From: Flavobacteriales bacterium
Lineage (GTDB): Bacteria; Bacteroidota; Bacteroidia; Flavobacteriales; CAJXXR01
DNA: 64,000 nucleotides
Direction of reading: 5' to 3'
Assembly: GCA_049607525.1 (NCBI GenBank)
Contig: JBMYWP010000011.1
Span: forward strand, 2,110-66,109
The notes beneath the pieces are model-generated. The model was not told where the DNA came from. It made no database searches and saw nothing but the letters and a program-made list of their open reading frames with translations. The position numbers and the translations under genes are program-made. Positions 47,696 to 57,193 of this stretch are shown here, piece after piece; the stretch's first letter is position 1; each line of letters starts with the position of its first letter.

Positions 47696-48352
47696 ATGGA
47701 AAAAGAAATTTATAAGAAAACTTATACAGAAGAAAACACTCCAGGATGGCAAGCCATAGATGATGCCTTAGAAAAGGTTTATGCCGAAAAAGAACCAAAA
47801 CACTATGGACCACTTTGTGGTATTCATTACGCTGCTGGGGGAACAGATCCGATTGATGGCATAAGTATTTACGAATCTCAAAAACACATGCCTCACAAAC
47901 ATATTGTAAGTTATGGCATGTCAGAATTGTATTATAACGAAGAGGCTGCTGGAGGAGAATTTAGCAAATGGGGATTTGAATTTACCTTTCGTTTAAAACC
48001 TTATAAAGAAGACAATGGAGAACCAGGTTGGGCTTTGCATTTGATGAATAATTTGGCTCGCTATGTAAACAACAAAGAACGTTGGTTCGAAGAAAACCAA
48101 TTCATACCAGGAAATGGTCCTATTCGTTTAAATACCGATACCGAAATCATTGGATTACTCTGTGTATTGGATCCCGAATTAGGAAAAATAAACACGGTTC
48201 ATGGTGAAGTATCCTTCATACAATTGGTCGGAATTACAGCTCGTGAATTAGAAGAATTACAAAAAAATCCAACAACCGCAGCTGTTGAACAATTGGTGAA
48301 CGAACTTAAAAAAGATAATCCTTTGCTCATTACAGACTTGGAAAGAAAATGA
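47696..48352 (+). CDS. suppressor-of-fused (SUFU)-like domain protein
   Basis: 'TPGWQAIDDALEKVYAEKEPKHYG', 'DPIDGISIYES', 'HIVSYGMSELY', 'WGFEFTFRLK', 'PGWALHLMNNLARYV' and 'LDPELGKINTVHGEVSFIQLVGITARELE' follow the bacterial SUFU family pattern closely. Confidence 0.8.
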   Translation: MEKEIYKKTYTEENTPGWQAIDDALEKVYAEKEPKHYGPLCGIHYAAGGTDPIDGISIYESQKHMPHKHIVSYGMSELYYNEEAAGGEFSKWGFEFTFRLKPYKEDNGEPGWALHLMNNLARYVNNKERWFEENQFIPGNGPIRLNTDTEIIGLLCVLDPELGKINTVHGEVSFIQLVGITARELEELQKNPTTAAVEQLVNELKKDNPLLITDLERK

Positions 48353-48417
48353 TGTTGGTTTGGAGATGAAAATATATTTTATAATTAAACTGTTTAACTT
48401 TAGTAAAAATAAAAAGC

Positions 48418-48801
48418 ATGAAAACATTAACAATAATAGACGAATCTGCTGCTGGTGATATTCTTCACCAAATGTCATTACAGTTTGAAAAGGAGTATAT
48501 CACGGCTAAAGAATTAATAGAAAAACGGATTGAGGAAGAAATTAACAATTATAAAAACCAAGTGAATGATTACAAAAATGGCTTGGTGTTGCCTACCAAT
48601 TTAGAAAAGCGTTTAAACAATAAAAAAACACCCAAAATAGATCTAGAAAAGCAAAAACTAATTGCATTTGATGCTTTTCAAAACAACCATTTCATCTTAC
48701 TCATAGATGATGAACAAGTAGAAGATCTTCAGCAAAAATATTTGGTGGATGAAACGGCTAAAGTTTCCTTTATAAAATTAACGCCCTTAGTTGGCGGATA
48801 A
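48418..48801 (+). CDS. ThiS/MoaD-like beta-grasp (ubiquitin-like) small protein ending in Gly-Gly
   Basis: 127 aa. The N-terminal 'KTLTIIDES..ILHQMSLQF..ITAKELIEKRIEEEI' fits strand-strand-helix. The C-terminal 'HFILLIDDEQVEDLQQKYLVDETAKVSFIKLTPLVGG' aligns with E. coli ThiS 'ALAINQQIVPREQWAQHIVQDGDQILLFQVIAGG'. GGC GGA at 48793-48798 is followed directly by TAA. Confidence 0.55.
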   Translation: MKTLTIIDESAAGDILHQMSLQFEKEYITAKELIEKRIEEEINNYKNQVNDYKNGLVLPTNLEKRLNNKKTPKIDLEKQKLIAFDAFQNNHFILLIDDEQVEDLQQKYLVDETAKVSFIKLTPLVGG

Positions 48802-48811
48802 AAAACAGAAC

Positions 48812-51724
48812 ATGATTTTAGAAAAATTAGAAGCATTATATCAGAATTATAATCATTACGCTATTGTTGATACAATAAAGCAAATCCCTGAAAATGAATG
48901 GGATTTAGAAATCGTTTTACATTATGCAAGAGCTTTAAACAATACAATTGAATACCAAGAAGCTATAGATGTATTAAACAAATATAAGGAAGGTAATACT
49001 CGTGTAGAATGGCATTATATTCAAGCCTCTGCCTACCATTCATTAGCTGATGATGCATTTCGACATTCAGGGAAATTGAGCGTTTTGAAAGAATCTCAAG
49101 AATATTTAAATACTGGATTAAAACTTGTCTTGAGTGGACTTAAAATAGATGGTGGATTTCAAAAATTAAAATCATTATTTCAGGAATATAATGCTTTAAA
49201 AATAATACTTAAGAAAGCCATTGAAGAAAGCTTAAAATTTAATGATATTGATTTTTCCACCTTAACCCCAAAACAAAAAGCTGCTTTATTACTTAACAAA
49301 CTCAATGAAACAAGGCGCTACTATATGGCAAACGATCTTTTAAAGGTTGAAGTCTTTGATAAAATCAAAAATGAATCTAATGGTGTAAAAAAAGAAATTA
49401 TTATTGAGCTTATTCATTTAATTGATTCAAAATCCCATAAAAACACCAATACAAATAATATAACAACCTCAATTGGAGGTTTAATAAGAAGTAATCTGGA
49501 CTATTCCGAAAAGGAATGGATTTTTCTTTTTTCTAAGTTTTTAGAATCTATAGGGAAAGGAAAATACCCAATTGTTATTTCTAATTTCCCGATAAATTAT
49601 AGCATTCAACAATTAGAACGCTATTTAAAGAAAAACGAAGCTTCTAAAGAATTACTAGTTTTTATCAATCAAATTTTGGAAGATCCTTCATTTTCGGAAG
49701 ACAATAACCAATACTGGGGAAGCGATTTAAAAAAATCCAAAAAGAAACTCTTAGACATTTTGAGTAAAAATGGTGTCCATACTGCCTTTAAATTAGGAAA
49801 CTCCGATATTGGACCAGTAGTAAATAATATTATTGATACGATAAGTGCTCAATTTGAACAATTTAATACCATTTTCATTCAGGCAAGTGAGGCTAGTCAA
49901 TCGAAACCCACTGCCAAGTTTCAAAAATTGATTAAAGAAAATATCGAGCAAATTGGAGCAGATACTTATCGAAAAATAGCCCAGAAAATTTTAGAAACAA
50001 CTTTTGATATAGGAATCCGACAAGAAACCTCTTATTACAAGGTTTTTCTTTCATCTTCAAACCAGCAATTTATCAAAGGAATTATTTGGACCATGGAACG
50101 TTTTTCGGATAAGGAAACCATTACTATTTTAAGTAAATTATTTCAAAAAGGATATGAAAAAATTCCTGGTCAAGGTCCCGCAGCCGCTTCATTAGGAAAC
50201 GCCTGTGCTTATACCCTCGGAAATATGCGAGGAAAAGAAGGTTTAGGTGCACTTTCTCGAATTAAGCTAAAATTGAAGCAAAATAACATCAAAAAAATAA
50301 TTGATAAATATTTAGTTGAAGGTGCAAAAAAATACAATGTTTCTGTGGAAGAATTAAAGGAAATGGCTGTGCCTGATTTTAAACTCGAAAAAGGTATAAA
50401 ATCCATTTCTTTCGATGATTATCAATTAAACCTAAATATTCAGGGCAATAAAGTAGAACAACAATGGATAAAACCAGATGGTTCTCCTATGAAAAGTGTG
50501 CCTTCGGCAGTTAAAAACAGTACAACTTTAGCGAATCAATTAAAGGTTGTTCGCAAAGAAATTAAGGAAATTCAAAAAGTATATTCTGCCCAAAAACAGA
50601 GAATCGATAATCAGTTTATCCTTGATAGAACTTGGGATTTTAGCAATTTTAATAAATATTATATACATCATGGTTTGGTTTATACCGTTGCTCAAAAATT
50701 AATTTGGACGTTCACCAGAGAAAATCAATCTGTAAATGCTATTTTATTGAAGGATAAATGGTATTCTGTAGAGCATGATTTAATTGATTGGTTAGACGAT
50801 TCTACCACTGTAAAATTATGGCATCCAGTACGTGCAAAAGAATCAGAAATTATTGCTTGGCGCGAAAAAATGATGGATTTAGAGTGGAGTCAACCTATAA
50901 AACAAGCGTTTAGAGAATTGTATATTCTGACCGATGCCGAATTGAATACAAAAAACTACTCCAATAGAATGGCAGCTCATATTTTAAAACAACATCAGTT
51001 TTATATGTTGGCTGGACTGCGTGGTTGGAAATATTCTTTAATGGGTTCTTATGACGATGGAATTTATAACGAAGTCTGCAGTAAATACCTTCCTGAACAC
51101 AAAATAACCGCTGAGTTTTGGATTGACGAATTAAACGATTACGATGCCTTTAATGATGCTGGAATTTGGTTGTATATTTCTACCGATCAGGTGAAATTCA
51201 AAAATGAAGAAGGACAAGCGATGGACTTGGTAAATGTGCCAAAAATGGTGTTTACAGAAATCATGAGAGATGTCGATTTATTTGTAGGTGTTGCAAGTGT
51301 TGGAAACGATCCTCAATGGATGGATAACAATGGGGAAAGACAAGAAAGTAGAAACTATTGGGAGTCTTATTCTTTTGGAAATTTAACCGAAATTGCTAAA
51401 ACACGAAAAACCATTTTAGAACGACTGTTACCACGACTTAAAAAGATCCGTGATAAGGCACATATTGATGGGAAATTCTTGATTGTTAAAGGTGAAATAA
51501 GAACCTATAAAATCCATATTGGATCAGGAAATATTTTAATGGAACCAAACGACCAATATTTATGTATTGTTCCTTCAAGATCACCCGAAACAGCTACTAA
51601 TAAAATATTTATTCCTTTTGAAGGCGACAAAGGCTTGTCTATAGTTTTAAGTAAGGCTTTTTTATTGGCAGAAGACACTAAAATTACAGATTCTACTATT
51701 ACGAGTCAGATAAACCATAAATAA
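48812..51724 (+). CDS. large (about 970 aa) DUF4132-type protein (MolR/YehI family), paralog of 23087..28024
   Basis: ORF 48791..51724 has a TTG start. I prefer the ATG at 48812 (MILEKLEALYQ). The C-terminal motifs shared with the 1645-aa paralog are listed under that feature. Confidence 0.7.
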   Translation: MILEKLEALYQNYNHYAIVDTIKQIPENEWDLEIVLHYARALNNTIEYQEAIDVLNKYKEGNTRVEWHYIQASAYHSLADDAFRHSGKLSVLKESQEYLNTGLKLVLSGLKIDGGFQKLKSLFQEYNALKIILKKAIEESLKFNDIDFSTLTPKQKAALLLNKLNETRRYYMANDLLKVEVFDKIKNESNGVKKEIIIELIHLIDSKSHKNTNTNNITTSIGGLIRSNLDYSEKEWIFLFSKFLESIGKGKYPIVISNFPINYSIQQLERYLKKNEASKELLVFINQILEDPSFSEDNNQYWGSDLKKSKKKLLDILSKNGVHTAFKLGNSDIGPVVNNIIDTISAQFEQFNTIFIQASEASQSKPTAKFQKLIKENIEQIGADTYRKIAQKILETTFDIGIRQETSYYKVFLSSSNQQFIKGIIWTMERFSDKETITILSKLFQKGYEKIPGQGPAAASLGNACAYTLGNMRGKEGLGALSRIKLKLKQNNIKKIIDKYLVEGAKKYNVSVEELKEMAVPDFKLEKGIKSISFDDYQLNLNIQGNKVEQQWIKPDGSPMKSVPSAVKNSTTLANQLKVVRKEIKEIQKVYSAQKQRIDNQFILDRTWDFSNFNKYYIHHGLVYTVAQKLIWTFTRENQSVNAILLKDKWYSVEHDLIDWLDDSTTVKLWHPVRAKESEIIAWREKMMDLEWSQPIKQAFRELYILTDAELNTKNYSNRMAAHILKQHQFYMLAGLRGWKYSLMGSYDDGIYNEVCSKYLPEHKITAEFWIDELNDYDAFNDAGIWLYISTDQVKFKNEEGQAMDLVNVPKMVFTEIMRDVDLFVGVASVGNDPQWMDNNGERQESRNYWESYSFGNLTEIAKTRKTILERLLPRLKKIRDKAHIDGKFLIVKGEIRTYKIHIGSGNILMEPNDQYLCIVPSRSPETATNKIFIPFEGDKGLSIVLSKAFLLAEDTKITDSTITSQINHK

Positions 51725-52432
51725 ATGGGACTTTTTGATGTGCATCATAAAATCATTGGAAAAGAGATTCAAAATCAAATTGAAAACACCACCATCGCTA
51801 TTATTGGCCTTGGTGGTTTGGGTTGTCATGTTGCACAGATTTTATACAGAACCGGATTTAAAAATCTGATATTAATTGATGATGATCTGGTACAAGAATC
51901 CAATTTACCGAGACAAATTTTATTTCATCAAAGCGATATAGGAAAATCAAAAGTAACAGTTGCAAAAGCAGAATTAGAACGTTTTTGTAAAGGAAACATT
52001 CAATGTTTTCAAAAACGATTGACTTCTAAAAATGCCATTCAATTACTTAAAAACACTGCAATAACAGTAGATTGTACCGATAATTTTACTGCTCGTTATG
52101 CCATTAGCGAAAGCTGTAAACAATTAGATATTCCTATGATTTATGGAGGTGTAAATCGGTTTGACATTCAGGTGGCTACCTTTGGTTTTCAAAATGGGAT
52201 GTATTTTCACGAAGCTTTTCCCAATAAAAAGCTTTTATTTCAATCGGAAGATTGCAATGCTTCTGGTGTTTTACCTCATATGATTGCACTCGCAGCAAAT
52301 TATCAAGTGAATGAAATAATAAAAATGTTTTGCTCAGAAAATATTAAGACTAATCAGTTGTTTTGTTTTAATGCAAATACGGGGAAACAGCGATGGATTA
52401 ATCTTAGAAAACCTTTCAAGGAAAATAATTAA
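51725..52432 (+). CDS. ThiF/MoeB/HesA-family E1-like adenylyltransferase
   Basis: 'IAIIGLGGLGCHVAQIL' (GxGGxG, 51806-51823), 'LILIDDDLVQESNLPRQ', 'DIGKSKV', 'VDCTDNFTARY' and 'EDCNASGVLPHMIALAANYQVNEIIK' (conserved Cys + GVL). The ATG directly follows the TAA of the upstream DUF4132 gene. No rhodanese domain or CxxC zinc motifs. Confidence 0.85.
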   Translation: MGLFDVHHKIIGKEIQNQIENTTIAIIGLGGLGCHVAQILYRTGFKNLILIDDDLVQESNLPRQILFHQSDIGKSKVTVAKAELERFCKGNIQCFQKRLTSKNAIQLLKNTAITVDCTDNFTARYAISESCKQLDIPMIYGGVNRFDIQVATFGFQNGMYFHEAFPNKKLLFQSEDCNASGVLPHMIALAANYQVNEIIKMFCSENIKTNQLFCFNANTGKQRWINLRKPFKENN

Positions 52433-52622
52433 ATCTTGATGAATTACTACTTCCTGAATTTTCAAAAACACTTCACAAATAACATCATTCAATTGTATGA
52501 TTTAATAATTCAAATTCATTTATTGCTTGCTTATATAAATTTCCTTCCCCCTAATATAAAATAGATATATCTGATAAATAATCTTTTCTTACATTGAATA
52601 ATAGATTAAATAAAGTCCAAAA

Positions 52623-55259
52623 ATGACCATCATCCAACAATTCAAAAACCTAGAGCAACTAACCCATGTCACCGAATTTCTAATCGGTTTAACTCCAGCG
52701 GAACAAGAGGAATTAAAAAATCACCTCATTGCTTCTGATAAAACTGAAAATGAATTTCGTCGTTATGATGAAGAACATCTAGCTGTGTTGGCAGTCGTTC
52801 CTTACAGCATTTGGAAAAAGTTTAATTATTACCATCCCGGATATTTTTTAACCAGAAGTTATAAAGCGTATCAAGCATTCACCAATCCCATTTTTGAAAA
52901 ATTTCCACCGAGTTGGATGAATGCTTATTTTGCTTCTGAAGATCGATATGCTAATTTTGATAATTACCATCAATATCGTTATTACCAGGATAAAAATTGG
53001 ATAACTAAAATTGAAGATAGCAAGGTTGTCTTTGCCATTTTACAATACAGTTCTCGCGATGAAATACCACAATGTTGGCAGTTTTTTAACGACTTCCCAA
53101 AAGAAGATGAATTTTGGAAAAAGTATGTTCCACTATTTTTTGAAATAGAAACCCATATCGGACATTCTATTCGAAGAAAAGGAAAGAAAATTGATGATTT
53201 TGGTGGTTTTTACAGCTTGTTTTTACGTGCTGTTAAAGAAGGTATTTATAGCAAAAAACAAGTCTTAGGTTGGTGTTTAAAAGCCATGAGACGCCCGGAC
53301 AATAAATATTACGTAACATTTTTTAGAGATGTTTATCTTGGATTAGAACCTACCGTGGAAGAACGCATTTATTTCCAGAAAGAAATCATGGGTTTATACG
53401 ATTCGGAATATATTCTAAACTTTGTTTTAGAGGAAGTAAAAACGATGGCAAAAAGTCCAGAATTTGATGCCAATACCTTTCATCCTATTGCAGAGTTTTC
53501 AATAACAGTCAACACAAAATCTGTCTATACAAAAACACTGCAAATCATAAAATTATTACTAAAAACTAATCCCGATTTGTGGAATTCAGTTCTTATTCAA
53601 GGATTGATACAAACGGATGTAAAATTCCAAGAAAATATATTGACGCTTTTAGGGAAACAAAAGTTAAATGCCGAACATCAAGAGATGGCAGAAATGATGG
53701 CTGAGCAAATTCAAGTTTCTCTACAAAATCGGTTTCAGGAAGTTTTTAATATTCAGGGAGAGTCAACACAAATGGTTTCAACAGAAATCTACCAAAAACA
53801 AACACCTACTTTTGATGTATTGGCTTTAGAAAGTGTGAAACCAATTGAACAATGGGAAGACTTTGTAGCCCTTTTAAACAGTTTTTCTTCTTCTGAAAAT
53901 GTGGTAGATTATGAGCAAATTTTACAAGGACTTATTCATTTTCATTCTTTGGTAAGTCCTGAAGATTTCACGGCTTTAAAGCCAATTATTAAGCGAGTAT
54001 CTAAAACCAATTTTCTGTCTGATGAGAGAACTTCTGGCACGTTCAATAAACTTGTTTTCAAACATATTGAACGATGGACAAAAGAATGGTTTTTAGATGA
54101 AAATTTATTCATAGAATACCGAGGAACGCATAAACTGTTCAAAAAACGCATGGAAAGTATCGAATTTTATATTCATCAAAAATCGACTTTGCCTTTATTG
54201 AGTTTTCCTACCCATGCGCCTTATTGGGTTTCTGCAACCAGGCTAATTAATCGATTAGAAGAGTATCAAAACTCAGGCATTAAAATTGCTCCTTTCGATT
54301 TTGCAGTTGCCCTTGCAAGATGTGTTGTTCCATCAGATTTTGACAAGAAATCTATCGATAAACTTCAGGGTTTACCCAAAGATTTGCTCACTTATTTTTG
54401 TACAGAAGCATGTTTAGATCAATTTGATACCTCTGATCCATTATGGGCAGTTACAGCAAGAACCAAAGAACCTTATGCAATTCATGAAGCATTAAAAAAG
54501 CATGCTTATGCCAATTTTGAAGCCGTGGTATATCCTTTTAAACCTGAATTAATGGTTAAAGAATTTGAGGATTATGATGGAAAAGAAATAAAATATGACA
54601 CAAAAGCCAATAAGAACACCAATTTATTAGATGCAAAAGAAGAAACTTTATTGTATTCTGTAGAAAGATGTTATATAGAAGCTGTTTCAGACACACCATA
54701 TCTGCAATCTTTTATGCCCAACCACGAAATAGTGACTCCTTTGGATTTTTATGATATAGTTCCTGGTGTAAATTATGCTTATGAAGGTTATGCTTTGGAG
54801 CGCTATCTTCATTGTTTTTATATTTATGGAAAACCTGTAAATACCCAAAAAAATTATTTTTTAGCCGCTGCATTATTGTTCGACAAAACCAATTACAGAC
54901 AATTGGCTTTTGAAACTTTTAATGAAGGAATCGATTTAAAAGTGTTGGATTTAAAGGAAATGGCGCAAGCTTTTGTGCATTTTACGCAAGAAAATAAAAC
55001 ACCTGTAAAGCGTTTTACCATTTTACAAGATTATCTCTTCCAAAATGTAAATCACGACCAAGCCTTTATCCAATTATTAGAAGAAATAATTCAACTTATA
55101 GAAACAGTGCCAAAAGGTTTTAAATCTGTATTGGAAATATATCTACAGCTGAAACTAAAATACAATCAAAATACATCTCATATTTCATCAGCATTAGAGA
55201 AATTTAAAACAGTGACTTCCTGTAAAAAGGTTTGTAATCAACTAATAAACTTAAAATGA
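52623..55259 (+). CDS. large helical hypothetical protein (878 aa), paralog of 57194..60235
   Basis: Shared blocks with the 1013-aa protein include 'LSFPTHAPYWVSATRLINRLEEYQNSGIKIAPFDFAVALARC' / 'LSIPTNEGLWIKPEVLVERLEVYQSQNSEPNIHDFSLAIQRL' and C-terminal 'LFDKTNYRQLAFETFNEGIDLKVLDLKEM' / 'LFNEKKESRHLALECFIQLIELKLLSKDI'. It may correspond to the SWIM-associated DUF6493 family, but I am unsure. Confidence 0.55.
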   Translation: MTIIQQFKNLEQLTHVTEFLIGLTPAEQEELKNHLIASDKTENEFRRYDEEHLAVLAVVPYSIWKKFNYYHPGYFLTRSYKAYQAFTNPIFEKFPPSWMNAYFASEDRYANFDNYHQYRYYQDKNWITKIEDSKVVFAILQYSSRDEIPQCWQFFNDFPKEDEFWKKYVPLFFEIETHIGHSIRRKGKKIDDFGGFYSLFLRAVKEGIYSKKQVLGWCLKAMRRPDNKYYVTFFRDVYLGLEPTVEERIYFQKEIMGLYDSEYILNFVLEEVKTMAKSPEFDANTFHPIAEFSITVNTKSVYTKTLQIIKLLLKTNPDLWNSVLIQGLIQTDVKFQENILTLLGKQKLNAEHQEMAEMMAEQIQVSLQNRFQEVFNIQGESTQMVSTEIYQKQTPTFDVLALESVKPIEQWEDFVALLNSFSSSENVVDYEQILQGLIHFHSLVSPEDFTALKPIIKRVSKTNFLSDERTSGTFNKLVFKHIERWTKEWFLDENLFIEYRGTHKLFKKRMESIEFYIHQKSTLPLLSFPTHAPYWVSATRLINRLEEYQNSGIKIAPFDFAVALARCVVPSDFDKKSIDKLQGLPKDLLTYFCTEACLDQFDTSDPLWAVTARTKEPYAIHEALKKHAYANFEAVVYPFKPELMVKEFEDYDGKEIKYDTKANKNTNLLDAKEETLLYSVERCYIEAVSDTPYLQSFMPNHEIVTPLDFYDIVPGVNYAYEGYALERYLHCFYIYGKPVNTQKNYFLAAALLFDKTNYRQLAFETFNEGIDLKVLDLKEMAQAFVHFTQENKTPVKRFTILQDYLFQNVNHDQAFIQLLEEIIQLIETVPKGFKSVLEIYLQLKLKYNQNTSHISSALEKFKTVTSCKKVCNQLINLK

Positions 55260-55825
55260 TACACAAATCCATAGAAATAGAATACGCTGATAAAAAATTA
55301 TCAAAAACGGAATTTGAACAAAAAATCACTGCTTTTGAAACACAATTTAGTTGTAAGCTTCCTGCAGTTTTTAAAGATTTTTTGCATCAATATGGCAATG
55401 CGAGTTTAGAAGTTGTTGTTCCTATTTTAGAAACGAATCCCCTTTGTGATGAAGTTCCTTTGGATTTATTTTTTGGATTTGAAGCAGATGAAAACATCAT
55501 AGAAAACACAAAAATTGCAGACGGATTTCCCGTGGCGATTCCCTTTGCAGAAGATTTGTCTGGAAATTGGTATTATTTGTATTTAGGCCATCATCAGAAG
55601 GAAAGTAAAGTGTACTTTCATGACAGACAAGGACGTTATCATTGGACCGACAAACAATTTTACGACATGTTTGAAAATTTGGCTCCAGAAATTCAAACGT
55701 ATTTAGAACTCCGACAAAACAACCAACTTCCAGCAAAAGATGAAGCTTTTCATGACTTTTATTTGGTCGGAAATACCTTTGAAGAATTTATCAGCAATCT
55801 AAAACCAATTACATACGAAGATTAA
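55256..55825 (+). CDS. SMI1/KNR4 (SUKH) family protein
   Basis: 'ITAFETQFSCKLPAVFKDFLHQYGNASL' and 'IPFAEDLSGNWYYLYLG...KVYFHD'. 4-nt ATGA overlap with the upstream gene. Confidence 0.75.
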   Translation: MIHKSIEIEYADKKLSKTEFEQKITAFETQFSCKLPAVFKDFLHQYGNASLEVVVPILETNPLCDEVPLDLFFGFEADENIIENTKIADGFPVAIPFAEDLSGNWYYLYLGHHQKESKVYFHDRQGRYHWTDKQFYDMFENLAPEIQTYLELRQNNQLPAKDEAFHDFYLVGNTFEEFISNLKPITYED

Positions 55826-57190
55826 ATGAACACAACCTATACCTACAATTCACAAAGCGAAATAACTACCAAAGAAAATGGAAAAGAAATCTTTCTTTCT
55901 CATTTTAACGAATCCTATGCTATTGAAGAAAAACCATGTTTTTTCTGGGGAAAACTACAGCAACCCTACGTAATTGCTCGCTCGTTATTGATGCTGTCCA
56001 AAATTGTGTCCAGCAATTTTATGCCCACTTCTTCTGCCATGCGCGATCCGGTTATTACTTCTGGCGGAAATAAATTGCGTTTTGAAGCCTTTTCTGGTTG
56101 TTGTTCTATCTATGGAAAAGTAGATGTTTTACCAAAGGCGATGGATGGCGAATTTTTAGAACAAGGCACCACTAATGTCGATTTTAATCCAGATATGATT
56201 TCGGCTTTGAGCCAGATTGGTAGAGATGAAAAAGTGTTTTTTTCTGTAGGTAAAAAAGATTTTGTGTTGCAAAAATCCAACAAAAAAGTGGTGGAGAAAA
56301 AAGTCTCTTTACCCACCCGTTGGATAAAAGGAATGGCAAATGTTCAGCAAATTTCGGCTGAAATGAACAAGGTATTTACTTTTAATAAATTACAAACCCA
56401 ACTCTTTTTTAGAGCCATTCCCAAAGGCACTTTAAAAAACGATTATTACCTCAAGCAATTAGGAACAAAACCCATGCTTTCACCTGTAAAATCTAAAGGT
56501 GCCATTTGTATTGGTGGTTTGCACCGTTTGCGTGTAGTTGAAGGTATTTTGCCTTTAACCAAAGAGCTTCATGTATTTGATAATTATGAAAAAGGCGTTG
56601 CTTTTCAGTTTATTTTAGAGGATGTTCGTTTTACGGTAACCCTTTCTCGTAGCCATTGGCGTGGCTTTTCTGGCGAAGGAAGTACCTTGGAAAATCTTTT
56701 GGAAGACATTCCTGAGGCTTGGATTCAGAAATTAGATGAGTTTGCTCAAATAAAAGAAGAATTTTCAGAGAAAAATGAGGTCTTTCAAGAATTAGAACAA
56801 GCCAATTTTAAACATGTTTGTGCTCGTTTGGCTTCTATAGGATTATTAGGATTCGATTTGCATGACCAACAGTATTATTATCGCAAATTACCATTTAAAC
56901 TCGAACGAATAGAAAGTTTAAATCCACGCTATAAAAATGCTTTAAAAATATTGGCAAAAAACAAATACGAAATCACAGATATTACCGATCAAGGCATCAA
57001 AGTTTTGGTTGAGGGAAGCGGATTAAAACACCGCATTGTTTTGGATGATAAAACGGCAAAATGTACCTGTACATGGTATGCCGAACATCAAGGCAAACGT
57101 GGCGACTGCAAACATATTTTAGTTGCTAAAACCTTAAAAAACAATTCCGAAAAACAAATAGCAGATTTACTTAAAGAATTTGAATTATAA
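55826..57190 (+). CDS. SWIM zinc finger family protein
   Basis: C-terminal 'KCTCTWYAEHQGKRGDCKHILVAKTL' is CxCx(n)CxH (about 57062-57120). The start immediately follows the upstream stop. Confidence 0.8.
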   Translation: MNTTYTYNSQSEITTKENGKEIFLSHFNESYAIEEKPCFFWGKLQQPYVIARSLLMLSKIVSSNFMPTSSAMRDPVITSGGNKLRFEAFSGCCSIYGKVDVLPKAMDGEFLEQGTTNVDFNPDMISALSQIGRDEKVFFSVGKKDFVLQKSNKKVVEKKVSLPTRWIKGMANVQQISAEMNKVFTFNKLQTQLFFRAIPKGTLKNDYYLKQLGTKPMLSPVKSKGAICIGGLHRLRVVEGILPLTKELHVFDNYEKGVAFQFILEDVRFTVTLSRSHWRGFSGEGSTLENLLEDIPEAWIQKLDEFAQIKEEFSEKNEVFQELEQANFKHVCARLASIGLLGFDLHDQQYYYRKLPFKLERIESLNPRYKNALKILAKNKYEITDITDQGIKVLVEGSGLKHRIVLDDKTAKCTCTWYAEHQGKRGDCKHILVAKTLKNNSEKQIADLLKEFEL

Positions 57191-57193
57191 GCC

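Noticed and set aside
51725-52432. Reading the ThiF-like gene as ordinary thiamine (thiF) or molybdopterin (moeB) biosynthesis
   Set aside because: No thiS-thiG-thiH-thiC/E or moaA-E genes are in the window. The gene abuts a DUF4132 giant and lies in an accessory island. I cannot fully exclude this reading without the rest of the genome.
52433-52622. Candidate Bacteroidota-type promoter (TTG...TAnnTTTG) in the 190-nt gap before the SWIM operon, and likewise inside the duplicated leader
   Set aside because: Only approximate matches are present (e.g. TATAAATTTC, TAGAATTTG) with unconvincing spacing. This is not enough to annotate a promoter without TSS data.
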